The notes under the pieces are model-generated. The model saw only the letters and a program-made list of their open reading frames with translations, searched no databases and was not told the origin of the DNA. From Hyalangium minutum (GTDB taxonomy: Bacteria; Myxococcota; Myxococcia; Myxococcales; Myxococcaceae): a DNA stretch of 248,000 bases. The stretch spans positions 20,001 through 268,000 of the forward strand of contig NZ_JMCB01000008.1 of assembly GCF_000737315.1 (NCBI RefSeq), written 5' to 3'. This document shows, in pieces, positions 133,194-143,167 of the stretch. A program made the position numbers and the translations under genes. The stretch's first letter is position 1. The number at the start of each line of letters is the position of its first letter.

Positions 133194-135260
133194 TTACTCG
133201 CCGGAGGCCTTGAAGATGAACGGGTAGGTCACCACCACCACGCCGCCACCCTTGGGCTTGGGGAACATCCAGGTGCGGACGCGGCCAGCCACGCAGGTCT
133301 CCAGTTCCGCGTTGCCCGCGGTGGACTGGGCCACCGACGAGGAGACCACCGCGCCCTCGGCGTTGATGACGAACTTCACGGCGACCTTACCGTTCAGCTT
133401 CGGATACTTCGTCAGCTGGCTCTCGTAGCAGAAGCGGATCTGCCCGCGGTTGCGCTGGATGACCTGGCGGATGAGCTCCTTGTCCAGCGAGCCCATGACC
133501 ACGGGCTCGGACGAGGTGATGCCCACATCCACGCTCTGCTTGCCGCCGAGCACGCCCACGCCAGAGCCGTAGCTGGCGGTACCGCCGCCGCGGCCCTTGG
133601 TGCCGATGGCGCCAATGCCGATGGTGTCGCCCGTGCCGCCGCCACCGCCGCCGCCGCCACGGATGCCCAGGCCGCCGAAGCCACCCGAGTCACCCGCCTT
133701 GGCGCCGAACATGTTGCCCATGGCGCTCTTGAGCTCGCCGCCCAGGCCTGCGTTGCCGAACAGCGTGGAGACGCCGCCCTTGCTGCCGCCGAAGATCTTC
133801 GCCGTGAGGGCGCGGGCCTCGTCCTTCTTGTCCCGCTGCTGGGCCTGAGGCGCGGTGCGGTTCTGGGTCTTAGGCGCCTCCTTCTTGCCCATCTGACCCT
133901 CTTCCTTCTTCTGCTTGGCGGCCTTCTCGCCCGCCTTCTGCTTCTCCTTCTGCTGGTTGAGCTGTTCCAGGAACTTGTTCTTCTGCGTCTCCGGCGGCTT
134001 GATGATCAGCTTGGCCAGGCGCGAGTTGTCCCCGCTCAGCTCGTCGGCGAACTCCTCATCCGCCCCGCTGCGGTTCATCGCGCCGATGACGAACATCGTC
134101 CCCAGGAAGAACGTCAGCAGGAAGATGTTGAGCACCCGGTAGTCCACCGAGTCCGCCAGCGGCACGTACACGCGCTTGGGCGCCGGCTGGAACTGGACCT
134201 CCATGGTGATGCCGCCCAGGTCCGCCCAGAAGAAGTCGTCGTGCTCGAGCACCAGCGAGTAGGCCCCGCCATCGCTCGTGGCCTTGCCGGACTCGATGAC
134301 GGCGTTGAGATCCAGCGTCTCGCCCTTGCGGACGAGCTCGCCCTTCATCTTGCCGGTGAAGCTGACGCTGAAGGTGTGCAGGTCCGAGTGCTTCTTCAGC
134401 ACCGCCATCTTCGGGCTGGACAGCTTGGCGTCGCTCATGGCGATGTCCACGCCCGAGGCGGTGCCCACCGTCACGGTGTCGCGCGACTCCGGCAGCTGCT
134501 CCACCAGCGACTTGCCGGCGATGTTCCGGAGCCCCTTGGGGAACAGCGCCAGCATCAGCGACTCGTTCCAGTGCAGGGCCGCCTTGCCCGAGGGCAGGAA
134601 GTACTCGCCCACGCGCTGGTCACCCCAGCGGAAGCCGACGGACGCGCCCAGCGGACCGCTCGCCTTGCTGCTCTTGCGCGCGGCGCGTGCACGGGGCGCC
134701 TCCTCCTCGACGGGGGCCTCGGCCACCGGCGCCACCACCGCGTTCTGCTCGGTGGAGGCAAAGGAAGAGTCGATCGCCGGAGCGGGAGCCGCCACGGGCA
134801 CCGGAGCCGGAGCGGCCACCACCTGCGGAGCCGCCACGGGCGCCGCGGCAGCCTGCGCCAGATGCTGCGAGGCGGCCTGCATGTCGGCCACCGGCACCTC
134901 GACGCGCGTGGTGACGTCCGAGCTGGACACGGCGGCAGCCAGGTTCACCGCAGCCACCGCAGCCGGGCTCTCCAGGCGGATCGTCGTGCCACCGACCTTG
135001 ATCTCGTCCCCAAAGGCGACCTTCCCCTTGTTGACGCGCTTGCCGTTGACGTAGGTGCCTTCCACACTCCCCATGTCGATGATGGAGAGGGAGCCGTCGG
135101 CGCCGACTTCGATGACGGAGTGGATGCGGCTGACCTTCTCATCCTCCAGGCACAGGTGCGCCGAGGAGAGACGGCCAATCTTGATGATGTCGCGCTCGAA
135201 ATCCTTCGAGGTGACGAGGGTTTCGCCCTTGAAAACCTTGAGTGTCAGAGGAACGGCCAT
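133194..135260 (-). CDS. gltG: GltG (PglI): FHA, TM, TonB-C
   Basis: IGRLSSAHL..SRIHS FHA; IRFCYE...FPKP. Confidence 0.85.
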   Translation of the reverse strand: MAVPLTLKVFKGETLVTSKDFERDIIKIGRLSSAHLCLEDEKVSRIHSVIEVGADGSLSIIDMGSVEGTYVNGKRVNKGKVAFGDEIKVGGTTIRLESPAAVAAVNLAAAVSSSDVTTRVEVPVADMQAASQHLAQAAAAPVAAPQVVAAPAPVPVAAPAPAIDSSFASTEQNAVVAPVAEAPVEEEAPRARAARKSSKASGPLGASVGFRWGDQRVGEYFLPSGKAALHWNESLMLALFPKGLRNIAGKSLVEQLPESRDTVTVGTASGVDIAMSDAKLSSPKMAVLKKHSDLHTFSVSFTGKMKGELVRKGETLDLNAVIESGKATSDGGAYSLVLEHDDFFWADLGGITMEVQFQPAPKRVYVPLADSVDYRVLNIFLLTFFLGTMFVIGAMNRSGADEEFADELSGDNSRLAKLIIKPPETQKNKFLEQLNQQKEKQKAGEKAAKQKKEEGQMGKKEAPKTQNRTAPQAQQRDKKDEARALTAKIFGGSKGGVSTLFGNAGLGGELKSAMGNMFGAKAGDSGGFGGLGIRGGGGGGGGTGDTIGIGAIGTKGRGGGTASYGSGVGVLGGKQSVDVGITSSEPVVMGSLDKELIRQVIQRNRGQIRFCYESQLTKYPKLNGKVAVKFVINAEGAVVSSSVAQSTAGNAELETCVAGRVRTWMFPKPKGGGVVVVTYPFIFKASGE

Positions 135261-135332
135261 TTACGGCTCCCGGTAGACTTTCCCGTGGTGACAGACAACG
135301 CGAGTGGGAGAAGGTTCCGCGAATTTCGCGGA

Positions 135333-135608
135333 CTACAGCTCACCCACCGACTGCATCACCTTGTCCTGGAAGTCCTCGCGAATGCGGATGAGGTTGGAGT
135401 GCTTCACCTTCTTACGGGCCTCGACGTACTCGCCGTCCGGCTTGGTGAGATCGCCCTCGATGGTGTCGTCCTCGAAGTCGATGGTGGTCGTCTTGTTGTA
135501 GCGCACGTTGCCCTCGCCACCGCCGCCACCCTTGCCGCCCTCATCCTGGGCGAACGCCGGGACCACCGTCAGCACCGTGCACAGCATCAAGAGCTTCCGC
135601 ATTGCCAT
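135333..135608 (-). CDS. gltF: GltF (CglF)
   Basis: IDFEDDTIEGDLTKPDG. Confidence 0.85.
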   Translation of the reverse strand: MAMRKLLMLCTVLTVVPAFAQDEGGKGGGGGEGNVRYNKTTTIDFEDDTIEGDLTKPDGEYVEARKKVKHSNLIRIREDFQDKVMQSVGEL

Positions 135609-135728
135609 CTCCTCGCGAGCCTCAGTCGCCCGCCCAACAACGACTTCCCGTAATTCAGGTTTAGTAGATTCGCATCAATCAAGGTGGCCCCGCCACTGGC
135701 GGGGCCACAAGCCGAGCCGGAGTGCTGA

Positions 135729-137168
135729 CTAGAATTCGTCAGTGGGCTCAGCAGGATCCGACTGCGCTGGATTCTTCTGCCCAGGCGCCGCCTTCTGCGG
135801 TGCAGGTGCGTTCGGAGCGGAGGCCGGGTTCGGAGCGAGATCGCCGGTGGTGGGATCCTCCATCGGCTCGGACTTGGCGCCCGCGGGGTTGGCCCCCTGC
135901 GCGCCTCCGTTCTTCTTCATCTCCGCCTCCTGCTTCTTCTGGAGCTCCTCCATCTGCTTGGCCTGATCCTCCGCCATCTTGGCCTCCTTCTTGGCCTGGA
136001 CGACGGCCTCGGCCTCGCGCATGAGGCCGAACACGGGAGCCTCGGCGCTCAGCGCCACTTCATCGCCGGCCATGGCGACGTACTTCTTGTAGAGCTCCAG
136101 GGCGCGCTCGGGAGCGTCCTTCGCGCGGTGCAGGATGATGGCGCGGTTGAGGAAGATGGCGGCCATCTTCGGATCGAGCTTCTCCGCCTCGTCGTACTCC
136201 TGCATGGCCTTGTCGTACTGGCCCTGGCCCTTGTAGGCGACGCCGAGGTTCAGGTGCGCGGCGGCGTTGTTGCCACCGGCCTGGAGAATCTTGCGAAGGT
136301 GCTCCTCGGCGCCCGGGTAGTCCTCGGCGTCCAGCGAGAGCTGGGCCAGGAGGATGTGCGCGGGCAGATAGTCCGGGCGAACCTCCAGCGCCTTCTTGAA
136401 CGCGAGCATCGCGCCGTCCGGATCGCCCTCACCCTGGATGATGAGGCCCACGGTGTGGTGGAGCTCGGGATCATTCTCGTCGAGCTTCAGCGCGCGCAGG
136501 GCCACCATCTTGGCGATCGCGGGCTGCTTGCGGTCCACATAGGTGCGCATCATCACCTTGAGCGCGGTGGTGGACTGAGGGTCCCGCATGAGCGCGGCGC
136601 GGGCGAACTCGAGCGCCTTCACGAGATCTCCCGTCTGCCGGTAGATCTCCGCCAGGCGAGCGCGGCTGGCCGCGTCGTCCGGGAAGCGCTTGAGCACGTC
136701 CGTGTAGAGCGCCACGGCTCCGGGGATATCACCCTCGTTCGTCGACATGACGGCCAGGTTCTCGGAGGCCTGGCGCAGCGTGGGCTTCTTCTTGAGCGCG
136801 GAGCGGTACCAGTTCTTGGCCTCGTCCTTCTTGCCCTGGCGCTCGGCGAGGACGCCCAGGTTGTAGTCGGCCTCGGCCAGGTTGGGGTCCGCCTCCAGGG
136901 CCGTCTTGAACTTGCGCTCCAGCGACGGGTAGTCCACCGCCTTGGCCTTCTTCTGGGTGTCCATCGCCTTCACCGCGTCCTCGAAGAGGAGCTTGGCGCG
137001 GTTGGAGATGTTCACCGGCTCGGCCTTGGCGGGCGTCTTCGGGCCTGTGTTCTGGTTGGCCGCTGGGCCATTGGGGCCCGCGGCCGTGGAGGAGGTGCAG
137101 CCGGAGGCCAGCAGCGCCGCCGCCACGAGCCCCAGCGAGGTACGCAGGAATCGGGTGTGGTTGATCAT
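135729..137168 (-). CDS. gltE: GltE (AglT) TPR lipoprotein
   Basis: ASGC lipobox, TPRs; follows gltD. Confidence 0.85.
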   Translation of the reverse strand: MINHTRFLRTSLGLVAAALLASGCTSSTAAGPNGPAANQNTGPKTPAKAEPVNISNRAKLLFEDAVKAMDTQKKAKAVDYPSLERKFKTALEADPNLAEADYNLGVLAERQGKKDEAKNWYRSALKKKPTLRQASENLAVMSTNEGDIPGAVALYTDVLKRFPDDAASRARLAEIYRQTGDLVKALEFARAALMRDPQSTTALKVMMRTYVDRKQPAIAKMVALRALKLDENDPELHHTVGLIIQGEGDPDGAMLAFKKALEVRPDYLPAHILLAQLSLDAEDYPGAEEHLRKILQAGGNNAAAHLNLGVAYKGQGQYDKAMQEYDEAEKLDPKMAAIFLNRAIILHRAKDAPERALELYKKYVAMAGDEVALSAEAPVFGLMREAEAVVQAKKEAKMAEDQAKQMEELQKKQEAEMKKNGGAQGANPAGAKSEPMEDPTTGDLAPNPASAPNAPAPQKAAPGQKNPAQSDPAEPTDEF

Positions 137169-140100
137169 TGCAGGAAGTCCTCCGGCTCCTGGTCGTCGTT
137201 GGACGCCTTCTTCGGAGCCGCGCCGTCCTGAGCGACCGGCCGCTTCAGATCGGTCTCGGTCTGCTCACGCAGCTTCTTGGTCAGGTCGGTGAGATCCTCT
137301 TGGATCGCCTCGGTCTTGGCCTGCGCGGTGGACTCGTCCTCCACCACCGGCTCGGGAACGTCCTGGATGGCGGCCAGCAGATCGAGGCCCAGGGCCAGGT
137401 CCGCGCCCTTCTTCAGCGCGGCCTTGTCCTCTTGCACCGTCGGGTACTGCTCCGGAGCGTAGGTCTCGCGCAGCATCTTCAAGCTCTCGCGGGTGCAGTC
137501 GTTGAAGAAGTCCAGCTCCTGGCTCTTGGCCACGGCGCTGGCGAAGGCCTCGGTGGCCTTGGCCTTGATGGGCTGCACCTGGTTGTTGAACTCGTCGCGG
137601 ATGGCCTGCTCGGTCTCCGCGTCGATGCCCGGAGGCATGGGCGCGTTGGACACCTTGTCGGCCATCTCGTGGTAGGCGAGCCCGATGCGGTGCAGCGCGC
137701 AGATGGCGGGCTGCGGGGCGCCGAAGGACACCGTCTGGATGTACTTCTTCTGGACCACCTCGAGCGCGCGGCCCTTGTCGGCCAGCGAGTCCTTGAACTT
137801 CTTCGGGTCCGCCGGGCGGCCCCACGTCAGCTTCAAGCGCAGGTACTCGCGCCAGTCCGGATCCACGCTGAGGAACTGGGCCTGGGCCACGGGGGCCACG
137901 GCCGTCTTCTCCAGCCCCTGCTGCGTCCGCTTGGGCAGCTTCTCGTAGTACTCGAGGATACGGGTGTAGAGGCGGGCGGTGTCCTTGGCCTTCTTCAGCC
138001 TGTTCTCGAAGATGTTGACGATGCGGCCCTCGGCGGTGAGCACCTTGCTGGGCGAGCGGAGGTTGTCGCGCTCGTAGTCCTCCAGCATCTTCATGGCCTT
138101 GCCGTAGTTACCGCTCTTCTCGTAGAGCGACACGATGGACAGGAAGATCTGCTCCGCGTCCTTCGTCTTGGGCCACAGCTCCAGGAAGTGCTCACGGTTC
138201 TTGAGGGCCTGCTTGTACTGGCCCAGGCCCTCCCGGTAGGTGGCCGCGTTGAAGAGGGCCACCTGCGCCTTGGACTCGTCCCACTTCTGCTTCTCTTCCT
138301 TCTTCTCCTCGCCCTCGTCCTTGCCCTTGCCCTTCTTGGCCTTGGACTTGGGAGCGCCCTTCTCCGCGAGGCTGCGCTCGTAGCCCTTCACGTACAGCTC
138401 GTAGGTGCTCGAGGCCTGCTCGAAGTCGCCCACGGCCTCCTGCGCCTCGGCGTTGGCGTAGATGGAGTCCGGCACGAAGCGCGAGCGCGGGTACTTGGAG
138501 ATGAGGTTCTGGCGGACCTGGATGGCCTTATCCAGCTGCTTCGCCTTGTAGTAGTCGACGGACGCATTGTAGAGCGCCTGGTCGGCGATCGTCGTCTGCG
138601 GGAAGTCCTGGACGAAGTTCAGGTACGCCTCGGCGGCCTTGGAGAACTGCTTCTTCTCCTCCAGCTGGGCCACCAGCGCGAACGAGGACTGCTCGATGAG
138701 CTTGGACAGGTCCTCGCGGAACTTGCCCTTCGACAGCTGATCGTTGGCGTAGAACTTGCGGGCCCACTCGTTCACCTTCGCGAAGTCCTTCTGCAGGTTG
138801 TACGAGTCGAGCACCAGGTTGGCGGCCACCTCGCCGGCGCGCTCACCGTTCTCGAACTTGTAGTCCGCGTGGTTCAGCGCGATGTCGCTGAAGCGCGCCA
138901 CCGCGTCGTCGAAGTGGTTGTAGCGGTAGTAGAGGTTGGCGGCCTTGAAGGAGATCTCCACCCGCTTGTCGCCCTTGGGCAGGTACTTCAGATAGCGCTC
139001 GCACGCATCCAGCAGACCCTTACGGGGCTCGGGGATGGTGAGCTTCTTCTTCATGTCCGAGGTGTCGGGCGGCTTGAGCGCGCCCTTCTCCTCGGCGGCC
139101 TTCACCACCTCGTCATAGGCGAGCACCGCGTTGTAGGCGGCGTTGGCCAGCCACTTGCCGGGCTTGCCGGGCTTGGGGTTGCCCTTCTCGTCCTTGGCGT
139201 CCAGCACCTTGGCGTCCTGGAGGACAACCAGGGTGTAGTTGACGGAGGCCTTCTCGTAGTTGTTCAGGTTGTCGTTGAGGAGCTCCGCCCAGAAGAACCG
139301 CATGTCGTACGCCTTGGGGTTCTCCGGGAACAGCGTGAGGTAGTCGCCGTAGATGGCGTCGGCGTACTTGAACGTCCCCTCGTCACGCGTCTTGCGCGCC
139401 TCGTTGTGCCAGGTGACGGCGAGGTTGGACAGGGTGCGCTCGGCCAGCTCGTTGGCCTCGTCCAGCAGCTTCTTGTCCTTGTCCTCCTTGACGATGCCGG
139501 AGGCCTCCACTTCCTTGGTGATCTTCACCAGGCGGCGCACCTGGGCGACGGTGCGCTCCTTGTTGCCCATGCGCAGCACGCAGTCGACGATCCTCGCCTG
139601 GAAGCCCGGAGACTCGGGCGACAGCGGCTTCTCCTTGATGAGCGCGTTGTAGGTGATGGCCGCCTCGCGGTCCTTGCCATCGCCGTAGTAGAGGTTCGCC
139701 AGCTGCTTCATCATCGCGAAGCGGTCTTCCGGCTTGGTGGCGACCTTGCTGAAGTCGTCCTTGGCCGCCATCACGTCGCCGTCGCGGGCGTAGGTGCGCA
139801 CGTAGTCGGCGCGGGCCTCCTTCACGAGGCCGCTCTTGCCGCTCTTGCCACCGTCCTTCTCCGCGGCAGCGCCGGCCAGCTCGCCATAGAGGACCACCGT
139901 CTTGTACTTGTCCTTGGCGGCCTGGTAGTCGCCCATGTTGAAGTAGCACCAGCCCTGCTTGTAGAGGGCGTAGGCGTAGACCTGGCTGTCGGTGAACTCG
140001 GCGGCGCGCTTATAGGCCTCGAGGGCGCGCTCCAGCTCCGGGCGCTTGCCCTTCGAGTTGTTGAAGTAGTACTCGCCGAAGGCCAGCCACGCGTCCGGCA

Positions 140101-140734
140101 GGTACTTGGACTTCGGGTACTTCTGGACCAGGCGCTTGTAGGCCACCAGCGCCTTGCTGTCCTGGCCATCCTCCATGAGGAACTGGCCGAGGAAGAAGAG
140201 CACCTCGTCGGTGCGCTCGAAGTTCGGGTACTGCTGGACGATCTTCGTGTACTGCTCCAGGGCCAGCTTGCCGTACTGCTTGGACTTGGCCAGCAGCTCC
140301 GCCTTCTCCGCCTTGGCGCGCGACTGTGCTGCCGCGTCATTGCGGTTCATGGCCTTGATGAGGTCGTCGTCCTTCCGGTTCGCCTCGAACTCGTGGAACT
140401 TGGCCTCTTCCCAGTAGAGCTCGCCCAGGCGGAACAGCAGGCTCGGGGCCTCCGTCTGGTCCGGGGACAGCTCGATGATCTTCTTGAGCGAATCGATCTG
140501 CTCGCGGCGCTTGGAAGCCACCTGCGTCTCTACGCCCAGCCGGAACTGGTCGTAGTTCAGCGCGGGGGCATCCGCCTCTTTCTCCGCCTTCTTGCGGGAG
140601 ATGTCGCCGGCGAGGGACTTGTCGATGGTGGTGGCAGACTTCTTGCCGAGGTCCGCCTCGCGCGGGTTTTTCTTAGTCTGCGCGGACGCGACCGACGCCA
140701 GAAGCGTCAGGCAGATGAGGAGCGAGCGACGCAT
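137165..140734 (-). CDS. gltD: GltD (AgmU) TPR protein
   Basis: Signal peptide, extensive TPRs, first gene of cluster. Confidence 0.85.
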   Translation of the reverse strand: MRRSLLICLTLLASVASAQTKKNPREADLGKKSATTIDKSLAGDISRKKAEKEADAPALNYDQFRLGVETQVASKRREQIDSLKKIIELSPDQTEAPSLLFRLGELYWEEAKFHEFEANRKDDDLIKAMNRNDAAAQSRAKAEKAELLAKSKQYGKLALEQYTKIVQQYPNFERTDEVLFFLGQFLMEDGQDSKALVAYKRLVQKYPKSKYLPDAWLAFGEYYFNNSKGKRPELERALEAYKRAAEFTDSQVYAYALYKQGWCYFNMGDYQAAKDKYKTVVLYGELAGAAAEKDGGKSGKSGLVKEARADYVRTYARDGDVMAAKDDFSKVATKPEDRFAMMKQLANLYYGDGKDREAAITYNALIKEKPLSPESPGFQARIVDCVLRMGNKERTVAQVRRLVKITKEVEASGIVKEDKDKKLLDEANELAERTLSNLAVTWHNEARKTRDEGTFKYADAIYGDYLTLFPENPKAYDMRFFWAELLNDNLNNYEKASVNYTLVVLQDAKVLDAKDEKGNPKPGKPGKWLANAAYNAVLAYDEVVKAAEEKGALKPPDTSDMKKKLTIPEPRKGLLDACERYLKYLPKGDKRVEISFKAANLYYRYNHFDDAVARFSDIALNHADYKFENGERAGEVAANLVLDSYNLQKDFAKVNEWARKFYANDQLSKGKFREDLSKLIEQSSFALVAQLEEKKQFSKAAEAYLNFVQDFPQTTIADQALYNASVDYYKAKQLDKAIQVRQNLISKYPRSRFVPDSIYANAEAQEAVGDFEQASSTYELYVKGYERSLAEKGAPKSKAKKGKGKDEGEEKKEEKQKWDESKAQVALFNAATYREGLGQYKQALKNREHFLELWPKTKDAEQIFLSIVSLYEKSGNYGKAMKMLEDYERDNLRSPSKVLTAEGRIVNIFENRLKKAKDTARLYTRILEYYEKLPKRTQQGLEKTAVAPVAQAQFLSVDPDWREYLRLKLTWGRPADPKKFKDSLADKGRALEVVQKKYIQTVSFGAPQPAICALHRIGLAYHEMADKVSNAPMPPGIDAETEQAIRDEFNNQVQPIKAKATEAFASAVAKSQELDFFNDCTRESLKMLRETYAPEQYPTVQEDKAALKKGADLALGLDLLAAIQDVPEPVVEDESTAQAKTEAIQEDLTDLTKKLREQTETDLKRPVAQDGAAPKKASNDDQEPEDFLQ

Positions 140735-141013
140735 GTCTCTCCTGTGCCGAAGCGTTCGATCCTGGATGCTTGCCTGGCTGGCAAGTAGCCGGGACTCTTT
140801 GGGAATTTCCATTTGAGGGGGGCCACTATGCGCAGGGTCGAGAGGGTCGGTCAACTGAACCTGCTCGGCCGCTTTGGGGGTACGCGCACGCCGGAAATCT
140901 TCCAGAAGTGCTGTCCGGAATGCGTTGGGTAGGCTGCCATGTCGGACGGGTAGGTTATGGGTGGGGTAGCGCTTGACTGCCTGGCTGCCCTACCCTGCGG
141001 ATCGATCCGGATC

Positions 141014-141658
141014 ATGAGTCTCCTGCCTGAAGGCGCCAGTTTCGAGGAACTGGTGCAGGACTATTTTCTCGCGGTGCGTGGTGCAGGGCTGATGCTCTCC
141101 GCGCTGGACACCGAGCTTCTGACATCTTGGGCCCGAGAGGGCGTTCCCTTCGAGGTGGTCGCCCGCGGCATCACCCGTTCGGCGGAGAAGGCGCTGTGGG
141201 ATGTGAGGCCCGGGGAGCCGGTGCTGCGCAGCCTGCGGGCGTGCCAGCGGCAAGTGGACGCAGAGATCAAGAAGTACCGGGAGCGCAACGCGGGGGCTGG
141301 AGAGAGCCCGAAGAAGCGCCGCTCGCTCAGCTGGGAAGAGACGCGGCATGCACGGCTGCGGGCCTCGCTCGAGAAGCTGGCGGAGCAGCGTCCCGAGTTG
141401 ACCGCCCGGGTAGGCCAGCTGCTGGAGGCAGTGCTCGCCCGCGCGCCTGAGGAGCCAGCGCAGTTCGACGCCCAGGAAGCGCGGGTCTTCCTGCTGTTGC
141501 TGCGCTCCCTGCCCTTCCCCGTGCGCTGCCAGCTGTGGCGCGAGTCGCGGGGAGGCGGAGCTGAGTCCCAGGGCATGTCCACGCGATCGCGGCGGGTGGC
141601 GCGGCGGTTCCGGTTGCTGGCGCTCGTGCGGCGCTCGCTCGAGATGAAAGAGGGTTAG
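141014..141658 (+). CDS. Hypothetical protein with DnaD-like N-terminal signature
   Basis: LSALD..L..W...GVPFEVV.RGI. Confidence 0.45.
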   Translation: MSLLPEGASFEELVQDYFLAVRGAGLMLSALDTELLTSWAREGVPFEVVARGITRSAEKALWDVRPGEPVLRSLRACQRQVDAEIKKYRERNAGAGESPKKRRSLSWEETRHARLRASLEKLAEQRPELTARVGQLLEAVLARAPEEPAQFDAQEARVFLLLLRSLPFPVRCQLWRESRGGGAESQGMSTRSRRVARRFRLLALVRRSLEMKEG

Positions 141659-141662
141659 GGCA

Positions 141663-142670
141663 ATGGGGACACCTGAACGCCTGCTCAGCAGGTCGTCCGG
141701 CGAGGGGACTGCTATGGATCGCGCCGACATGGGGACCAAGGGCAGCGGCGGTGCGTGCGGGGTGTGCGGTGGGCGGACGTATCTCATCGAGCGGCAAGGC
141801 GATCTGGCGCATGCGCGGATCTGCGAGTGCTCGGTGCAATGCAAGGTGTGCGGGGGGCGCGGGCACGTGCTCGGCCAACAGGAGTCGACCTTCAGCAAGA
141901 AGGTGGGGCCCCGTACCTATGACGTGCTCATGCCGTGCTCCTGCACCCTGAGGCAGAAGCGCGTGGCCCGCTTCAACGCCGTGGGACTGCCCGGCGTGGT
142001 GGCCCACTCGAGCTTCGACAACTACATCCCCGCGAAGACGCAGCAAGACAAGGCCCGAAGCGCGGCGATGCACTTCGCCCACCACTACGAGAAGGCCGGG
142101 GGCAACAAGGGCTTCGTGCTGAGCGGGCCGGTGGGCACCGGGAAGACGCACCTGCTGGCCGCCACCCTGGCGCACCTGGTGCTCGAGGTGGGCGTGGGGG
142201 CCCGCTACGTGGAGATCTCCCTGCTCTACGCCACCATCCGGCGCGGTTTCCAGGAGGGCAAGAGTGGCGGGGAGATCATCGGCCCGCTGTCCGAGGTGGA
142301 AGTGCTGGCCATCGACGAGCTGGGCAAGGGGCGCGGCAGCCCATTCGAGATGGAGACGATGGATGAGCTGATCGCCCGGCGCTACAACGCTCACCGCACC
142401 ACCCTGTTCGCGACGAACTACTCGCTGGAGCCGGAGCGCAAGGCGACGCGCGCGGTGGCCGGCTACCACTCCACGGACGACGCGAAGACCACGCTGCGAG
142501 AGGCGGAGCTGCTGCGCGAGCGCGTGGGCGAGCGCATCTATAGCCGGCTCTGTGAGATGTGCACCTTCGTGGAGCTGCCCAAGGACACGCCGGACCACCG
142601 GCGCACGCGGCACGAGCTGGAGCCGCGCGGGCACCACGCCCACGCGAAGATTCGCGCCACCGGCCGCTGA
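141663..142670 (+). CDS. DnaC/DnaI/IstB-like AAA+ ATPase with Cys-rich N-terminus
   Basis: GPVGTGKT, IDELG, ATN, RIYSRL. Confidence 0.8.
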   Translation: MGTPERLLSRSSGEGTAMDRADMGTKGSGGACGVCGGRTYLIERQGDLAHARICECSVQCKVCGGRGHVLGQQESTFSKKVGPRTYDVLMPCSCTLRQKRVARFNAVGLPGVVAHSSFDNYIPAKTQQDKARSAAMHFAHHYEKAGGNKGFVLSGPVGTGKTHLLAATLAHLVLEVGVGARYVEISLLYATIRRGFQEGKSGGEIIGPLSEVEVLAIDELGKGRGSPFEMETMDELIARRYNAHRTTLFATNYSLEPERKATRAVAGYHSTDDAKTTLREAELLRERVGERIYSRLCEMCTFVELPKDTPDHRRTRHELEPRGHHAHAKIRATGR

Positions 142671-142691
142671 CCCCTCCCCCGAGGCCCGAAC

Positions 142692-143018
142692 ATGACCGAC
142701 GCCATCGTCGTCCTCGTCACCGCTCCCTCGGCCGACAAGGCCGCGGAGCTGGCCCGGGCCTTGGTGGAGGAGCAGCTGGCGGCCTGTGGCAATGTCCTCC
142801 CGGGCCTGCGCTCCATCTATCGCTGGGAGGGGAAGGTCCACGACGAGCCCGAGGCCCTGCTCATCCTCAAGACGCGGGCGCCCCTCTTCGAGGCCTTGAG
142901 GGAGCGGGTGGTGGCCCTCCACCCCTACCAGGTCCCCGAGGTGCTGCGGCTCGACGTGGCCGGAGGGCACCTGCCCTACCTCGAGTGGATTGAGGCCAGC
143001 GTCCGGCCGCTCCCCTGA
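142692..143018 (+). CDS. cutA: Divalent cation tolerance protein CutA
   Basis: LAAC.N, SIYRWEG, HPYQVPE. Confidence 0.9.
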   Translation: MTDAIVVLVTAPSADKAAELARALVEEQLAACGNVLPGLRSIYRWEGKVHDEPEALLILKTRAPLFEALRERVVALHPYQVPEVLRLDVAGGHLPYLEWIEASVRPLP

Positions 143019-143167
143019 TACGTCCTCAGCTCCCCGGGTCCCACTTGACTCCAAGGGTCACCTTGGAGCCTGCTTCTGTTCGCTGTAAGCAGTTGTAGCT
143101 GGGGGCGGATTCTCTGCCCCCTTGTGCTCGCGATACGCTGACCTGGTCCCCCTTCGTCTCCTTCCTC

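Noticed and set aside
137168-140788. 1206-aa plus-strand ORF
   Set aside because: Antisense shadow of gltD
141663-142670. IS21 istB
   Set aside because: No istA transposase or terminal inverted repeats nearby
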